A stretch of 64,000 bases of DNA. Source: an uncultured Verrucomicrobiae bacterium (GTDB taxonomy: Bacteria; Verrucomicrobiota; Verrucomicrobiia; Limisphaerales; AAA164-E04). Under the pieces are notes generated by a model. It ran no database searches. It was not told the DNA's origin and saw only the letters and a program-made list of their open reading frames with translations. Each line of letters opens with the position of its first letter. Position 1 is the first letter of the stretch. Both the position numbers and the translations under genes were made by a program. The stretch lies in NCBI GenBank assembly GCA_943788245.1, contig CALSPN010000012.1, positions 28,552 to 92,551 on the forward strand, given 5' to 3'. Of this stretch, positions 62,528-64,000 are shown in pieces.

Positions 62528-64000
62528 TTCATTTTCTTTCAGCCAATGATTTAATGAAAGATGCCGTCATCAGGATGGATATCATGAGCATGGGAACGGA
62601 GACGACTACCGAGATGGTCTGCAGTCCCACCAGCACTTGTGATTGCCCGCCGATGGACAGTATGGACAGTGGCAGGATTCCCAGCGTGATAGCCCATAGA
62701 ACCCGATGCCAGCGAGCCGGATCCTGGTTTTTACGGATGGACCGGGTGGCAGCAAGTGCCAGAGTGTAAGATGCCGAATCGTATGTGGTGGCGGCAAAAC
62801 TGATGCATAACAGAAAGAAAAAGAGGGAGAATCCATTGCCCCAGAGGTAGGGAAGTCATGACCTGTACCACCGCCGCATGCCGGTTTTCGTTGAATGTTT
62901 TTGATAATTTCGACGCCTTGTTGATGCTCGAGGATGGATGCGTATCCTCCGAAGATGATAAAGCAAAGCATGCAGCCAAGTGTGCCGTAGCCCCAGAACC
63001 CCCCCATATCAATTGTCCGAGGGTTCTACCTCCGGATATTTTAGAGATGAACATGCCCACGAACGGGCCGATGGCAATCCACCTTGCCCAATAAAAAACG
63101 GTCCAGCTTTCAGTGAACGCGCCGTTTTTACCAGGGTAATAAAATGCCGCTCATCGCAGGAAATTGTCTTATCATGAAGGTGATGCTTTCGAAGCCTTGC
63201 TTTGTGATCGCAAGGGTAGGCCCCCGAAAAAATAAACCACTCCAAGAATGGCGAACATGAGTACCCAGATTGCAATTGGAAAGCCGCTTGATCCCTCTGT
63301 CCAGTCGCGAAGGATACTGACAGGGGCAATCAGGGTGATAATCAGAACTATGGATCCGATTGTGAAACCCGAACGACGGCTCCAGCCCAAAAAAGGTCTT
63401 GAATGATTCGGTGATCAAAGGGGTTGTCAGACCCAGTCCAGTACTGGCTGAACCTATCAATCCAATCATGAACATCGCATTGAACCAGCCTTCCCGGCCA
63501 ACGGTAAACAGCTGCTTTGAGAATGGGCGCACACGCATTCGCGAGACTGGGTGAGGATTCTTTTCGAACGTAATAAGCATGACTGAAACATACTGCTGAC
63601 AGAGCATAGAAGGCCCCAGCCGATGAGCCCCCAGTGGAACATCCCCGTAACTCATGGCCCATTGGTGTGCTTCAGTGGATTTTGGTTCAATATCAAAAGG
63701 GGGGGTGAGATAATAATCAATCCACTCAATCGTTCCCCAATAGAGCAGGGCGGTTCCAATGCCGGTCGAAAAAAGGCATGCCAGCCCACGTCAATCCAGA
63801 ATATCGGGGTGGCTCGCCCTTGGGCCCCAGTTGGATGTTGCGATAAGGACTCAAGAGGCCAGTCCAATGAGGAACAGTATGGTGACAATACCGAATCCGA
63901 TGTAAATCCACCCTAATCGCTGTGTAAGGAACTGAAATGCAATCTCGATGCTCCTGTTACCTCTTTCAGGAAAAAGAAACAATAAAACCGACAAAAGTAA
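62528..64000 (-). pseudogene. BCCT-family (betaine/carnitine/choline) transporter, many frame breaks, 5' end at or beyond the window edge
   Basis: Fragments read across frames: WIYIGFGIVTILFLIGLA, PEFS-like ..GEPP.., WAGMPF/..IGTALLYWGTIEW, the BCCT signature region [36 protein letters not shown], and the C-terminal ...LQTISVVVSVPMLMISILMTASFIKSLAERK* (stop 62528-62530). Confidence 0.7.

Overview
This is a 64-kb chromosomal stretch, roughly 47% GC by eye. Its gene content is typical of the PVC superphylum (Planctomycetota/Verrucomicrobiota): pilin-like DUF1559-type proteins, a PSCyt/DUF1592 plus DUF1552 pair, and PVC-type heme-binding 'membrane-bound dehydrogenase' giants. These are interleaved with housekeeping genes (folK, dapB, cysE, gltB, hflKC, addAB, glnK-amtB, lpxK).

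I found no rRNA, tRNA, CRISPR array, transposase, integrase or phage gene, and no convincing defence island.

About 24 genes read as single intact ORFs. About 21 others, including gltB, hflK, hflC, addB and an ABC ATPase, are split into overlapping ORF pieces.

The dominant signal is the nature of these breaks. Nearly all are single-base length changes of an existing homopolymer, mostly +1. They occur in blocks that ignore gene boundaries, which points to patchy consensus quality more than to biology. The exception is a blaI-like gene that also carries two in-frame TAA codons.

The biologically most interesting candidates are:
- an EHD-like dynamin-family NTPase with a transmembrane hairpin, next to a secreted EEP nuclease/phosphatase;
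- a roughly 1,320-aa beta-propeller protein ending in a tandem 4-Cys domain I do not recognise, embedded in a GntR/ABC/pilin-like/permease cluster;
- an azurin-like cupredoxin / propeller / Nramp-variant cluster;
- a sigma54-type promoter for glnK-amtB.

All functional calls are from reading the translations by eye. No database search was run.
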